Positions 21,029-32,500 of a DNA stretch of 64,000 bases are shown here, piece after piece. How positions within the stretch are numbered: the first letter of the stretch is position 1; every line of letters starts with the position of its first letter. The translations under genes were made by a program, and so were the position numbers. Below the pieces are notes generated by a model. The model did not search any database and was not told the origin of the DNA. It saw only the letters and a program-made list of their open reading frames with translations. Origin of the DNA: an uncultured bacterium (GTDB taxonomy: Bacteria > Krumholzibacteriota > Krumholzibacteriia > Krumholzibacteriales > Krumholzibacteriaceae); NCBI GenBank assembly GCA_963813815.1, contig CAWFAD010000007.1, positions 96,001-160,000 of the forward strand. The letters are read 5' to 3'.

Positions 21029-22999
21029 ATGTCCGTCAGCCGCATGCTCAAGATACGGATCCTCGCCCACGCCTCCATAGAGGACGCGTTCAAGGCGTAT
21101 CTCAGGGAAGCGGGCGTGATCGAGATCACCGACGCCGCGGTCGAGGGGTTCGCCGGCGCGCCTCCCGGGCAGGAGACGGAGCGGCTCGGGCGGCTCGTCG
21201 AGCGGGCGGAGGCGGCCGGCGCCTATCTCGAGCGGTACGTTCCCAAACCGACGCTCGCCGAAAGGCTTTCCGGAGGCCCCGTCGAGGTGACGGCGGCAGG
21301 GATCGAGCGGATGGCCGGCGAGCTCGACGTCGAGAAGATAGCGGGCCGCTGTCAGGAGCTCGAAGGGGAGCTTCGCCGCTGCCGCGACGAGCGCGCCTGG
21401 GCGGCGGATCTCGTACGGGAGCTCGCTCACTGGACGGCGATCGAGCGCCCCCTCGAATCTCTCGCGACGGAGCGGTGCGAGTGCCAGCTCTGGAGCTTTC
21501 CGGACGCGGCGCTCGCGGAGACCGCGTCCGCCGCCTTCGAGCGCCGTCCGGCGGCTCACCGCGAGATCGTGTCCCGCTCGGGCGGGAGGACGTACCTCGC
21601 CGCGATCGCGCTCCGGGAGGAAGCGGCCGAGCTCGGCGAAGAGCTCAAGCAAGCGTCCGGGGTTCGTTTCGCCCACGAGAGGCTCCGCGGAACGCCCGCC
21701 GGCATCATCGAGCGCGAGAGAGCGCGCATGGACGAGCTCGAAGCCGCGGCGGAGCGAGCGGACGCCGAGGGTCGCGAGCTCTCCGCAGTCCGAGGGCGGC
21801 TGCTCGCCCTGGCCGATCACTATCGCGAGCGCCGCTCGCTCGTCGAGGTCGAGCGCCATATTCACCACACGGAGCGGACCGTTCTCATCGAGGGGTGGAT
21901 CCGCGCCGTCGACCGCCGCCGGTTCGAAAAGGAGACGGCGCGGCGCTGGAGCGAGGTCGAAATAGTCTCGCGCGAGCCGATCGAGGGGGAGGATCCCCCG
22001 GTCGCGCTGGAGAACAGCCGGCGGATCCGGCCCTTCGAGTTCGTCCTGACGCTGTACGGACGGCCGCTCTACGGCGAGGTGGATCCGACGCCTCTCTTGG
22101 CGCCGTTCTTCGTTCTCTGCTTCTCCCTCTGCATGGGGGACGCGGGGTACGGAACGGTTCTCGTCGCCCTGAGCGCCCTGCTGCTCTTCAAGCTGCGGGT
22201 GCGAGGCGGCACGCGGAGCCTCGCGCAGCTCCTCCTCGCGGGGGGCTCCCTCACCATCGTCGTCGGCATCCTCACGGGCGGCTATTTCGGGATCCCGACG
22301 GAGGCGCTTCCCCGGTTCATGCAGCGCCTCGTCGTCATCGATCCGCTCAACGATCCGATGAAAATGCTCAACGTCTCCTTCCTCGTCGGCATCGTTCATA
22401 TCCTCTTCGGCATGGGCGTCAAGATGGTGATCGACTTCAGGGCGGGGCTCTGGATGGACGCCGTCTTCGACGATCTCGGCTGGATGCTGCTCATCATCGT
22501 GCTCGTGCCGCTCGGCTACGCGGGGATTCTCGGCGGATCGGTCCCCGCGCCCGTCATGTTCTACGCCTCTCGCGCGGCGCTCGCCATCGCGGCGGTGCTC
22601 TTCGTCACGGGCATCCGGAAGGAGCGGAACCGGTTCCTCGGGATTTTCAAGAGCATCCTCCGGTTCTACAGCATCACCGGCTACTTCGGAGACGTCCTCT
22701 CCTACGCGCGACTGCTGGCGCTCGGCCTCGCGGGGGGCGCCATCGCGATCGCCATCAACGGGATCGCGCAGATGGTGACGGGGCTCCCCGCCTTCACGGG
22801 ATATATCGCGGCGGCGCTCGTGCTCCTTCTCGGGCACGCGTTCAACCTGACCATCAACATCCTCGGCGCCTTTGTGCACTCGGCCCGGCTTCAGTACCTC
22901 GAGTTCTTCAACAAGTTTTTCGCCGGCGGGGGACGGGAGTTCCGCCCCTTCCGCAGCGAACGGCGATACACGGTCTTGCGGGAAACGAACGAATCGTGA
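21029..22999 (+). CDS. atpI: V/A-type ATP synthase subunit I
   Basis: EVDPTP, GDAGYG, GDVLSYARLLALGLA, HSARLQYLEFFNKFF. Confidence 0.95.
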   Translation: MSVSRMLKIRILAHASIEDAFKAYLREAGVIEITDAAVEGFAGAPPGQETERLGRLVERAEAAGAYLERYVPKPTLAERLSGGPVEVTAAGIERMAGELDVEKIAGRCQELEGELRRCRDERAWAADLVRELAHWTAIERPLESLATERCECQLWSFPDAALAETASAAFERRPAAHREIVSRSGGRTYLAAIALREEAAELGEELKQASGVRFAHERLRGTPAGIIERERARMDELEAAAERADAEGRELSAVRGRLLALADHYRERRSLVEVERHIHHTERTVLIEGWIRAVDRRRFEKETARRWSEVEIVSREPIEGEDPPVALENSRRIRPFEFVLTLYGRPLYGEVDPTPLLAPFFVLCFSLCMGDAGYGTVLVALSALLLFKLRVRGGTRSLAQLLLAGGSLTIVVGILTGGYFGIPTEALPRFMQRLVVIDPLNDPMKMLNVSFLVGIVHILFGMGVKMVIDFRAGLWMDAVFDDLGWMLLIIVLVPLGYAGILGGSVPAPVMFYASRAALAIAAVLFVTGIRKERNRFLGIFKSILRFYSITGYFGDVLSYARLLALGLAGGAIAIAINGIAQMVTGLPAFTGYIAAALVLLLGHAFNLTINILGAFVHSARLQYLEFFNKFFAGGGREFRPFRSERRYTVLRETNES

Positions 23000-23024
23000 A
23001 CATGTTTCAGGGAAGGAGTGTCGT

Positions 23025-23498
23025 ATGCTCGGTTTCGCGTTGCTCGTCATAGGCGCGGCGCTCGCGGCGGGGCTCGCCGGGTGCGGTTCCGCGCTCGGGT
23101 GCGGCGTCGTCGGCATGGCGGCGAGCGGGGTCGTGAGCGAGGATCCGAACAAGTTCGGCCGCCTGCTGCTGCTCCAGGCCCTCCCGGGGACGCAGGGTAT
23201 CTACGGGCTCGTCGCGCTTTTTATGATCATCAACAAGTTCGCGAGCTGGGGGATCGAGCCCTCGGCGGTGACCGTGAAGACGGGTCTCGAGATCATCGGT
23301 ACGGCGCTCCCGGTCGGTCTCACGGGGCTCGTTTCGGGGCTGTACCAGGGCAAGGTGTGCGCGGCGGCTTGCAGTCTCGTCGCGAAACGTCCGGGAGAGG
23401 TCGGCAAGGGGCTCGTGTTCGGCGTCGTCATCGAAACGTACGCCGTGCTCGGGCTGTTGGCGACCATCCTTCTTCTCCAGCGCATCACGGTCGGCTGA
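23025..23498 (+). CDS. atpK: V/A-type ATP synthase subunit K (four-helix proteolipid)
   Basis: QALPGTQGIYG, YQGKV, IETYAVLG; NtpK-like. Confidence 0.95.
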   Translation: MLGFALLVIGAALAAGLAGCGSALGCGVVGMAASGVVSEDPNKFGRLLLLQALPGTQGIYGLVALFMIINKFASWGIEPSAVTVKTGLEIIGTALPVGLTGLVSGLYQGKVCAAACSLVAKRPGEVGKGLVFGVVIETYAVLGLLATILLLQRITVG

Positions 23499-23522
23499 GC
23501 CGGCGGGCGCAAGGGAAGCGGC

Positions 23523-24110
23523 ATGTCGATAGAGAACATACTGCAACGGATAGAGGACGAGACGCGATCGCGCGTGGACGAGATCACTCGCGCCGCCGAG
23601 GAGAGTTCGGAGGCGATCCGAGGAGAGCACGAGGAGCGCTGCGCCGCGCTCCGCGGGGAGCTCGAGGAACGCATCCGCGCGAAGGCGGCGAACGAGGAGC
23701 GGCGGCTCATCGTGGCCGCGGAGCTTGACCTGCGCAAGAAGATCCTCGAGCGCAAGCGCGAGCTCCTCGCCGAGGTTTGTCGCGAGGCGCGCAGGCGGAT
23801 CGAGGCCCTTCCCGAGGACCGGTACCTCGAGATCGTCAAGGCGCTCGTTCTGCGGCACGCGCTCTCGGGGCGGGAGGAGATCGTCGTTCCATCGTCGCAG
23901 CGGGGGCTTTTCACCCCGGCCTTCGTCGAGGAGCTCAACCGGGAGCGCCCCGGAGCCTCGCTCCGCGTCGCGGACGAGGCGGGGGACTTTCCGTGGGGAG
24001 TCGTGCTCCGCGAGGGGCAGCGCCGGGTGGATCTCACGATCGGGGTCATATTCGAGCAGTTCGCCGCGCGCATCGAATCGCGGGTCGCGGCGGCGCTCTT
24101 CGCCGAATGA
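23523..24110 (+). CDS. atpE: V/A-type ATP synthase subunit E
   Basis: Starts MSIENILQRI, coiled coil, C-terminal GVVL...DLT; operon position. Confidence 0.85.
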   Translation: MSIENILQRIEDETRSRVDEITRAAEESSEAIRGEHEERCAALRGELEERIRAKAANEERRLIVAAELDLRKKILERKRELLAEVCREARRRIEALPEDRYLEIVKALVLRHALSGREEIVVPSSQRGLFTPAFVEELNRERPGASLRVADEAGDFPWGVVLREGQRRVDLTIGVIFEQFAARIESRVAAALFAE

Positions 24111-24118
24111 GAGGAAGC

Positions 24119-25089
24119 GTGGCGGAGGACTACACCTATATCGTGGCTCGCCTCCGGGCCGTCGAGGCGGCGCTTCCCGAAAAGGCCTGGTTCGAGCGGC
24201 TCGCGCGCGCCCCCGAGGAGAATATTCTCGGATCGCTCCGCGAGCACTACAGCGCCTTCGAGGGGGTCGGCTCGCTGCTGGAGTTCGAGCTGCCGCTCGC
24301 CGCTCTGCGGCTGGAGGCGCTCGAGCTCGTCACCTCGCTTCTCGCCGGGGAGCGGCCGCGGCTGCTGCTGCGGGCCGGATACGACTTTGACAACGTCCGC
24401 CACGCCTGGAAGGCGGCGAAGCTCGGGCGGACGGCGACCGGCCTCACGGCCTTCGGTCTCGTGCCGGCGGCGGCGGTGGAGGAGGTCTTCGCGGGGAAGG
24501 CTTCGCGGGGGCTCCCGCCGCATCTCGAGCGGCTCGTCGAGACGCTCGAGTCCGTCTACGAGGCCTCTCGAAGCCTCGCGGCCTCGGAACGCGCCGGCGA
24601 GTCGGCGAAATGGCGATTCCTGTTCGAAACGGCGCCGGACGCGCGCTCGATCGAATACCTCCGTTTGAAGGTCGACCTCGCGAACATCAAGACCTTCGTC
24701 CGGCTCCGGCGCGAGCCGGTGAGGATCGAGGGCTCGGCGACGGCGTGGTGCCCGGGGGGGAGATCGAGCCCGCCCGCTTCGAGAGTCTCGCCGGCGAGCC
24801 CGTCGAGGAGTTCTTCGCGTTTCTCGCGACGACCTCGTATCGCTCTCTCCAGGCGGCCGGGCTCGCGAAGGACGCTCCCCTCTGGCGGGTGGACGCCGCC
24901 GTCCGCCGCGCGACCATGGAGCTGCTCGGCGAGAGCCGGTACCGGCATTTCGACATTTCACCGGTGCTCTACCATCTCGAGCTCCGGGAGCGGAACGAAG
25001 AGATTCTTCGCCGCGTCATGGCGGGAAAGGTGAACCGCATGAGCGAGGACGCGCTTCTCGAGCGCGTCGAGGCGCTGCTCGCGGCGTAG
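24119..25089 (+). CDS. atpC: V/A-type ATP synthase subunit C (one frameshift near 24730-24760)
   Basis: First frame has YTYIVARLRAVE, YDFDNV and VDLANIKTFVR; it continues as PGGEIEP...LRRVMAGKVN in the -1 frame. One base appears missing in a G-rich run. Confidence 0.82.
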
Positions 25090-25107
25090 CGGGGGGACGG
25101 AACGGCC

Positions 25108-25452
25108 ATGGCGAAGAACATCGCGGTCATCGGAAACACGGATTCGATAGAATATTTTCGCCTGCTCGGGTGCGAGACGTACGAGACGCGCGGCGGCGTC
25201 CTCACGCAGGAGCAGTTCGACGAGGTCGTGAAGCGGCGCTTCAAGATCATTCTCGTCACCGAGGAAGTATTTCACCAGTACCGGGATCTCATCCGCCGGC
25301 GCACGCTCCGGATGTTTCCCGTCGTGAGCATCATCCCCGACGTGCGCGGGGCCGTCTGGACGAAGGAAGGGCCGCGCCCCGGGGGCGTCGCCTTCGAGGA
25401 GCTCCGGACGGCGGTCGTGAAGGCGGTCGGACAGGACATCGCGCCGAAGTGA
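25108..25452 (+). CDS. atpF: V/A-type ATP synthase subunit F
   Basis: NIAVIG...FRLLG, IILVTE, VVKAVGQDI. Confidence 0.9.
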   Translation: MAKNIAVIGNTDSIEYFRLLGCETYETRGGVLTQEQFDEVVKRRFKIILVTEEVFHQYRDLIRRRTLRMFPVVSIIPDVRGAVWTKEGPRPGGVAFEELRTAVVKAVGQDIAPK

Positions 25453-25503
25453 CCCCCGCGGGCGCCGCCGCCGCGGGGCGTGATTGGAGGAATCGGTAAC
25501 GGT

Positions 25504-27288
25504 ATGAGCACGGGCAGGATCGTCAAGGTGTCGGGACCCCTCATCGTCGCTGAGGGGATGCGGGAAGCGAAGATGTTCGAGGTCGCTCGCGTCAGCGAGA
25601 AGCGCCTCCTCGGCGAGATCATCGAGCTGCACGGCGACGAGGCGTACATCCAGGTCTACGAGGACACGGCGGGGCTCGGCCCCGGAGAGACGGTCGAGTC
25701 GACGGGGATGCCGCTGTCGATCGAGCTCGGCCCGGGCCTGCTGCAGTCGATTTACGACGGCATCCAGCGCCCCCTCGACGTCGTGTACCGCAAGGCGGGC
25801 CACTACATCGCGCGCGGCATCAACGTTCCGGGGCTCGATCACAAGCGGCGATGGGAGTTCACGCCGAACGGAAGCCTCAAGGCGGGCGAGCCGGTCGGGC
25901 CGGGGGACCTCCTCGGCGAGATCCGCGAGACCGAGCTCGTCGTGCACCGCGTGCTCGTGCCTCCGACGATCGGCGCCGGAAAGCTCGTCAAGGCGCCCGA
26001 GCGGGGAGCGTACGCGATCGACGACACGATCGCCGAGATCGAGACGGCGGAAGGGGTGCGGAAGGTCGCTCTCATGCACCGTTGGCCCGTGCGCACCCCG
26101 CGTCCCATCGTGAAGAAGCTCGTTCCGCAGAAACCGCTCGTCACGGGCCAGCGCGTGATCGACGCGCTCTTTCCGATCAGCCAGGGAGGCACGGCGTGCG
26201 TGCCGGGGCCCTTCGGGGCCGGCAAGACCGTCATCCAGCACCAGCTCGCCAAATGGTCCGACGCGCAGATCATCGTCTACATCGGCTGCGGCGAGCGCGG
26301 CAACGAGATGACCGACGTGCTCCAGGAATTTCCCGAGCTCACCGATCCCGCGTCGGGGCGCCCCCTCATGGAGCGCACCGTCCTCATCGCGAACACCTCG
26401 AACATGCCGGTCGCCGCGCGCGAGGCGTCCGTGTACACGGGGATCACGATCGCCGAGTACTTCCGCGACATGGGTTACGACGTCGCGGTCATGGCCGATT
26501 CGACCTCCCGGTGGGCCGAGGCGATGCGCGAGATGTCGGGGCGCCTCGAGGAGATGCCCGGCGAGGAGGGGTATCCGGCGTACCTTCCCTCGCGCATCGC
26601 GGAGTTTTACGAGCGCTCGGGCAGGACGATCTGCCTCGGACGCGAGGGGAGAACGGGCACCCTGTCCGTCATCGGCGCCGTATCTCCTCCCGGAGGCGAT
26701 CTCTCCGATCCGGTCGTGCAGGCGACGCTCAAGGTCGTCAAGGTGTTCTGGAGCCTCGAGGACCAGCTCGCCTTCGAGCGCCATTTCCCGGCGATCAGCT
26801 GGCTCACGAGCTACAGCCTGTACCACGACGCCCTGCGCGATCATTTCCACGCGGAGGTGGCCGACGACTGGGGGCGCATGCGCACGGAGACGATGGAGCT
26901 CCTCCAGAAGGAGTCCGAGCTCAAGGAGCTCGTCCGTCTCGTCGGCGTCGACGCGCTCTCGCCGCAGGATCGCGTCATCCTCGAGACGACGAAAATGATC
27001 CGCGAAGATTTTCTGCACCAGTCGGCGTTCGATCCCGAAGACGCCTACACGCGCCTCGAAAAGCAGTACCGGATGCTCCAGACCATTCTCGAGCTCCACC
27101 GCCGGAGCATCGAGGCGGTCGAAAAGCGGTGCCCCCTGCGCAAGCTCCTCGATCTGCCGGTCCGGGAGCGCATCTCCCGAATGCGTTACATCGCCGAGAA
27201 GGATCTCGCGCAGTTCGACGCGATCGTTCGGGAAATGGAAGAGCAGCTCGCGGGCTGCCTCAAGGAAAACCGTACCGGCGAGGAGTGA
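25504..27288 (+). CDS. atpA: V/A-type ATP synthase subunit A
   Basis: GPFGAGKT, GCGERGNEM, SRWAEAMREMSGRLEEMPGEEGYP. Confidence 0.97.
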   Translation: MSTGRIVKVSGPLIVAEGMREAKMFEVARVSEKRLLGEIIELHGDEAYIQVYEDTAGLGPGETVESTGMPLSIELGPGLLQSIYDGIQRPLDVVYRKAGHYIARGINVPGLDHKRRWEFTPNGSLKAGEPVGPGDLLGEIRETELVVHRVLVPPTIGAGKLVKAPERGAYAIDDTIAEIETAEGVRKVALMHRWPVRTPRPIVKKLVPQKPLVTGQRVIDALFPISQGGTACVPGPFGAGKTVIQHQLAKWSDAQIIVYIGCGERGNEMTDVLQEFPELTDPASGRPLMERTVLIANTSNMPVAAREASVYTGITIAEYFRDMGYDVAVMADSTSRWAEAMREMSGRLEEMPGEEGYPAYLPSRIAEFYERSGRTICLGREGRTGTLSVIGAVSPPGGDLSDPVVQATLKVVKVFWSLEDQLAFERHFPAISWLTSYSLYHDALRDHFHAEVADDWGRMRTETMELLQKESELKELVRLVGVDALSPQDRVILETTKMIREDFLHQSAFDPEDAYTRLEKQYRMLQTILELHRRSIEAVEKRCPLRKLLDLPVRERISRMRYIAEKDLAQFDAIVREMEEQLAGCLKENRTGEE

Positions 27289-27294
27289 GATGTC

Positions 27295-28722
27295 ATGGTG
27301 ACGGAATACACGACCATCGGTGAAATCGCTGGCCCGCTCGTTCTGCTCGACAGGGTCGAACACGCGACGTACGAGGAGCTCGTCGAGGTGGAGCTCGCCG
27401 ACGGCGAGCTGCGCCGGGGGAAGGTGCTCGAGGTCGACCGCGACCGCGTCCTCATCCAGCTCTTCGAGGGCACGCGGGGCGTCGATATGGCGAAAACCCG
27501 CGTTCGTTTCCTCGGGCGCGGACTCGAGCTCGCCGTCTCTCCCGATATTCTCGGGCGCATCTTCAACGGCCTCGGCGCACCGATCGACGACGGTCCGCGG
27601 CTCATCGCCGAGCGCACGCTCGACATCAACGGGAGCCCGATCAACCCGTACGCCCGCGTTTACCCGAAGGAGTTCATCCAGACCGGGATATCGGCGATCG
27701 ACGGGCTCAACACGCTCGTGCGGGGGCAGAAGCTCCCGATTTTCTCCGGCTTCGGGCTGCCGCACTCCGAGCTCGCGGCGCAGATCGCGCGCCAGGCGAC
27801 CGTGCTCGGCGCGGAGGAGAGCTTCGCCATCGTGTTCGCCGCCATGGGCATCACCTTCGAAGAGGCGAACTACTTCATCCGCGATTTTCAGGAGACGGGC
27901 GCGATGGAGCGGGTCGTTCTCTTCATCAACCTCGCGAACGACCCCACCATCGAGCGCATCGCCACGCCGCGCGCGGCGCTCACGGCGGCCGAGTACCTCG
28001 CCTTCGAGCGCGGCATGCACGTGCTCGTGATCATGACGGACATGACGAACTACTGCGAGGCGCTCCGGGAGGTTTCGGTCGCGCGCAAGGAGATTCCCGG
28101 GCGGCGCGGCTACCCCGGCTACCTCTACACCGATCTCGCGACGATCTACGAGCGCGCGGGGCTCCTCAAAGGGGCGAAAGAGGGGGAGGTGCTGAAGGGC
28201 TCCATTACCCAGATTCCGGTCCTTTCGATGCCGGACGACGACAAGACGCACCCGATCCCGGATCTCACCGGCTACATCACCGAGGGACAGATCATCCTCG
28301 ACCGCTCGCTGCATCGCAAGGGCATCTATCCGCCGATCAACGTGCTGCCGAGCCTCTCCCGCCTCCGCGACAAGGGGATCGGCGCGAAGCGCACGCGCGA
28401 GGATCACGCGCAGGTCGCCAACCAGCTCTTCTCCTCCTATGCCCGCAGCAAGGAGGTCGAGGAGCTCGCGGTCGTGCTCGGCGAGGCCGCTCTCACCGAT
28501 TCGGATAGGGCCTTCATGGTCTTCGGCGAGCAGTTCGAGCGACGGTTCGTGCGCCAGGACATTCACGAGAACCGCTCGATCGAGCAGACCCTCTCGATCG
28601 GGTGGGAGCTTCTGGCCAACATTCCGCGCAACGAGATCAAGCGCATCAAGGACGAGTTCGTCGACCGGTACCTTCCGAGGAAGGCCGAGCCGGCGGCGAA
28701 GGGGCGGGAGACGGCGCGGTGA
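27295..28722 (+). CDS. atpB: V/A-type ATP synthase subunit B
   Basis: [39 protein letters not shown]. Confidence 0.97.
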   Translation: MVTEYTTIGEIAGPLVLLDRVEHATYEELVEVELADGELRRGKVLEVDRDRVLIQLFEGTRGVDMAKTRVRFLGRGLELAVSPDILGRIFNGLGAPIDDGPRLIAERTLDINGSPINPYARVYPKEFIQTGISAIDGLNTLVRGQKLPIFSGFGLPHSELAAQIARQATVLGAEESFAIVFAAMGITFEEANYFIRDFQETGAMERVVLFINLANDPTIERIATPRAALTAAEYLAFERGMHVLVIMTDMTNYCEALREVSVARKEIPGRRGYPGYLYTDLATIYERAGLLKGAKEGEVLKGSITQIPVLSMPDDDKTHPIPDLTGYITEGQIILDRSLHRKGIYPPINVLPSLSRLRDKGIGAKRTREDHAQVANQLFSSYARSKEVEELAVVLGEAALTDSDRAFMVFGEQFERRFVRQDIHENRSIEQTLSIGWELLANIPRNEIKRIKDEFVDRYLPRKAEPAAKGRETAR

Positions 28723-29351
28723 GAATCAAGGTCAATCCCAATCGCATGATGCTGATCCGCCTGCGGCGGCGCCTCGATCTTGCGCGCCGGGGGCACCGTC
28801 TCCTCAAAAACAAGCAGGAGAAGCTCATGCAGAATTTCTTCGCGCTCGTCCGCGAAACGACGGAGCTGCGGGAGAGAGTCGAGCGCGGCCTTCTCGAGAC
28901 GAGCGCCCACTACCTCGACGCGCGCTCCGCGACGGATCATCAAGCCCTCGAGGACGCGCTCGAGCTCACGTCGAAGGCGGGGGAGCTCTCGGTCGAGCTG
29001 AGGCACGAGATGAACGTCACGAGCCCCGAGTTCACCTTCGCCATGCCGGCCGGCGATCCCGCGTACCGGCTCGTCGGGACCTCCGCCGAGCTCGACACGG
29101 CGTTTCGGATGCTCATGGAGACCTTCCCCGGACTCCTCTCGCTCGTCGGCAGGGAGAACGCCCTTTTCCACATGGCCGAGGAGCTCGAGAAGACGCGGCG
29201 CAGGGTGAACGCCCTCGAGTACGTGCTCCTGCCCGACCTCGAGTCGGCCATTCGGAGCATCGAGGACAAGCTCGGCGAGCAGGAACGCTCCAACCAGATA
29301 CGCCTCATGAAGATAAAGGACATGGTCAAGGAGCGGGGCCAGGCCGTATGA
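28719..29351 (+). CDS. atpD: V/A-type ATP synthase subunit D
   Basis: [33 protein letters not shown] overlap with atpB. Confidence 0.94.
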   Translation: MRIKVNPNRMMLIRLRRRLDLARRGHRLLKNKQEKLMQNFFALVRETTELRERVERGLLETSAHYLDARSATDHQALEDALELTSKAGELSVELRHEMNVTSPEFTFAMPAGDPAYRLVGTSAELDTAFRMLMETFPGLLSLVGRENALFHMAEELEKTRRRVNALEYVLLPDLESAIRSIEDKLGEQERSNQIRLMKIKDMVKERGQAV

Positions 29352-29400
29352 CGGCCATCCCGCGCCCACGGGCAACCCGCTTTCCCGCAAGCCATTTATA

Positions 29401-29429
29401 TTGACTTTGCCCGGGGGGCATTTTATATT
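29401..29429 (+). promoter_or_regulatory. Sigma70-type promoter of the TonB-dependent receptor cluster
   Basis: TTGACT-N17-TATATT. Confidence 0.65.
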
Positions 29430-29565
29430 TTTCACGGAGACGGAAAATAGCTCCAAAGTGATATAGAGACCCACACCTTATCTATTTCCTCCCGGTCCGT
29501 TTCGTGATCGCAGGGGGGAGTAGTATCCAAGGCATTTTATGGACCTTTTGGCAAGGAGTGGAACG

Positions 29566-32500
29566 ATGAAGGGTCGCACTGGCGCCCGAGCGGGTGCGTT
29601 CGTGCTGACGGCGTCGCTCATGATTCTTGTTGCCTCCTCCATCGCGTTCGCCCAATCGGGACGGGTCACAGGCAAGGTGGTCGACGAGGCAACGGGCGAG
29701 CCGCTCGCCTTTGCGAACGTGATCGCCGTGGGGACGACGATGGGCGCGATGACGCTGAACGACGGCACGTTCACGATCAGCGGCGTTCCCGTCGGCACGT
29801 ACACGGTGCGGGCGATGATGATGGGGTACCAGGCTTCCGACAAGGCCGGCGTCCGGGTCGATGCAGGGGTGCCGACCGAGGTCAACTTCCGGCTCAAAGA
29901 GGCGATCGTCGGCAGGACGCAGGAGATCCTCGTGGAGGCCGAGATCCCGCAGATCGACGTGAAATCGAGCGACCAGCGCCAGCGCGTGTCGAGCGACCAG
30001 CTCAAGGAGCTCCCCGTCGACGACGTCGCCGAGGCGATCGCGCTCAAGAGCGGCATCGTCAAGACCGGCGACGAGCTTCACGTGCGCGGCGGCCGGGGCG
30101 GCGAGGTGCAGTTCCAGATCGACGGCGTTCCGGTCGACGATCCGCTCGGCACAGGACAGATCTCCGTGGGGCTTCTCGGCACCGACCAGAGCGAGGTCAT
30201 CACGGGAGGCATGGACGCCGAGTACGGAAACGCCCAGTCGGCCATCATCAACGTCAGCACCCGAGAGGGCGGCAAGAACTTCGAGGGCCAGGTCCGCTAC
30301 ATGACGGACGATTTCGGCCGCAGGGACAAGACCTATACGAACTACGACCGCCTCGGCGTCGGCTTCGGCGGTCCGACCCCCATACGGAACCTCACGTACT
30401 ACATGTCGGGCGAGGCGACTTTCTCGGACGGCGAGAACTGGACGATCGCCGACCGGGACGAGACGAAGCTTCTCGGCGGGCTCGTCAAGTACTCCGGCCG
30501 CCAGTACATCGATTACAACGTTCAGGGCAAAGTCGCCTGGCAGCTCAACCCGCGCCTGAAGGTCATCGGCGAGGCGATCTACTCGCACGGCGTGAGCGAT
30601 CGCTACATCCACAACTGGAACATCGACGGGTACGTCCAGAAGGTCTACCGCTTCCTCACGCTGCGTCCGAGCCGCGACGTGGTGGCCGACGAGGCGCGTT
30701 CCTTCGGAGCGTACACGAGCATCTACCACGGGCCGTGGATCGATCAGGAAGTCACGCGCGTCGAATACTACCCCGGCTCCGAGGACGAGCGCCGACGCGT
30801 CGTGTACCCGATCATCGTCTTCGCGAAGGTGCGCGATCCGAACGATCCGAACCGCCCCGCGTTCCTCGTGCGGTACGACAGCTTCTACGCGCGCATGCTC
30901 ACCAACGTGTTCGGCGAGGAAACCGAGGTCATCTGGGACGAGGCGATCGTCGACGGGAACGGCGTGCGCACCGGCTACTACCAGAGCAAGCAGCTCTTCG
31001 AGGGCTTCCAGAATCCGGAGAGCAAGTTCAGCTACTTCCGCGACGATTCGAGCTACGTCTATTTCAACTCGGCCGAGCGCGTCTCGACGAACGAATCGGA
31101 CGATCTCAACCTCAAGGTCGCCGTCAACCACAACATCTCGGACGACGTGCTCTACACGGTGAGCCTGTCGCGTCTCCAGTTCAAGCTGCTCACGACGGTG
31201 GACGGCAAGCTTCCGGACGAGTATAACACGGCCGGTCTTCCGGCGACCCTCCCGAGCGGCTCGTGGCGCTACAGCGGCGTGAGCGACCAGAACTTCTATA
31301 CGGATCCCGACTATCCGTACTTCGTAACCTGCTACGATTATCCGCAGTACACGAACCGTCTCAGCAAGACCTACAACCTCAAGGCGGATTTGACCTCGAA
31401 GAAGTGGCAGAATCACCAGTTCAAAACGGGAGTTCAGTTCATCTATAACGATCTCGACGAGGAGTTCCGGAACTTTCCGGGACGGATACGTCCGCTCGGC
31501 GACGGCACGTACATGCAGGGCCTCAGCCAGAACGTCTTTCACAACTTCAACCCCGAGGCCTCCTACTACGTGCAGGACAAATGGCAGTACCAGGGGATGG
31601 TCGTGAACAGCGGCGTTCGCGTCGACTTCTTCTCTCCGGGCAACAACACCGAGATCCGCATCAACAGCTCCCAGATCGACCCGAACGTCGACAAGTACAA
31701 GTTCCAGATCAGCCCGCGTCTCGGTTTCGCGTTTCCGATCACCGACCGCGACAAGTTCCACTTCCACTACGGACGGTTCACCCAGTGGCCGAACCGCAAC
31801 TTCCTGTTCCAGTCGCAGGACGTGCTGAACGGCGTCGGCGTCATCGGCAATCCCGATCTCGACGAGGAGCTCACCGTCTCCTACCAGGCGGGTGTGTCCC
31901 ATCAGTTCACCGAAACGGTCGCCACGCACTTCGTGGTGTTCACGAAGGACATCTTCGGCCTCATCTCGACGACGCGCGTGCTCGACGAGGAGCTCGGGGT
32001 GCAGTCGTACCGGTTCATCAACCGCACGTACGCGAGCTCCCGCGGCTTCGAGGTGAGCATCGAGAAGCAGCGCAGCCACTACGTCGGCGGAGAGATCTCG
32101 TATACGTTCTCCTACGCCGACGGCGTCGCCTCCGACGCGTTCTTCGGCGTCTCCGCGGAGGGGCTCACCCACTTGCCGACGCAGGAGATGCCGCTCGACT
32201 GGGATCAGCGGCACACGCTGAACGTCACGCTCAGCCTGCAGGATCAGAACAAGTGGGGAGCGACGATCGTGTACCAGTTCGGGAGCGGGCTCCCGTGGAC
32301 TCCGGTCGACCGCTTCGCGCGGCGGCAGGATCCGCTCTGGGAGAACTCGGAGCGCCTGCCGGCGACCCATACCGTGAACCTGCAGGGACGCAAGATGTTC
32401 AACATCTACGGCCAGGAGCTGACGCTGTTCTTCGAAGGGCGCAACCTCCTGAACGAGGATATCATTCTTTCGACGGCCCCGGGCGCTTTCCCCGGCATGA

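Noticed and set aside
24730..24760. Frameshift in V-ATPase subunit C as programmed frameshifting or phase variation
   Set aside because: A single missing base in a G-rich run within an otherwise intact operon; similar indels elsewhere point to sequencing error.
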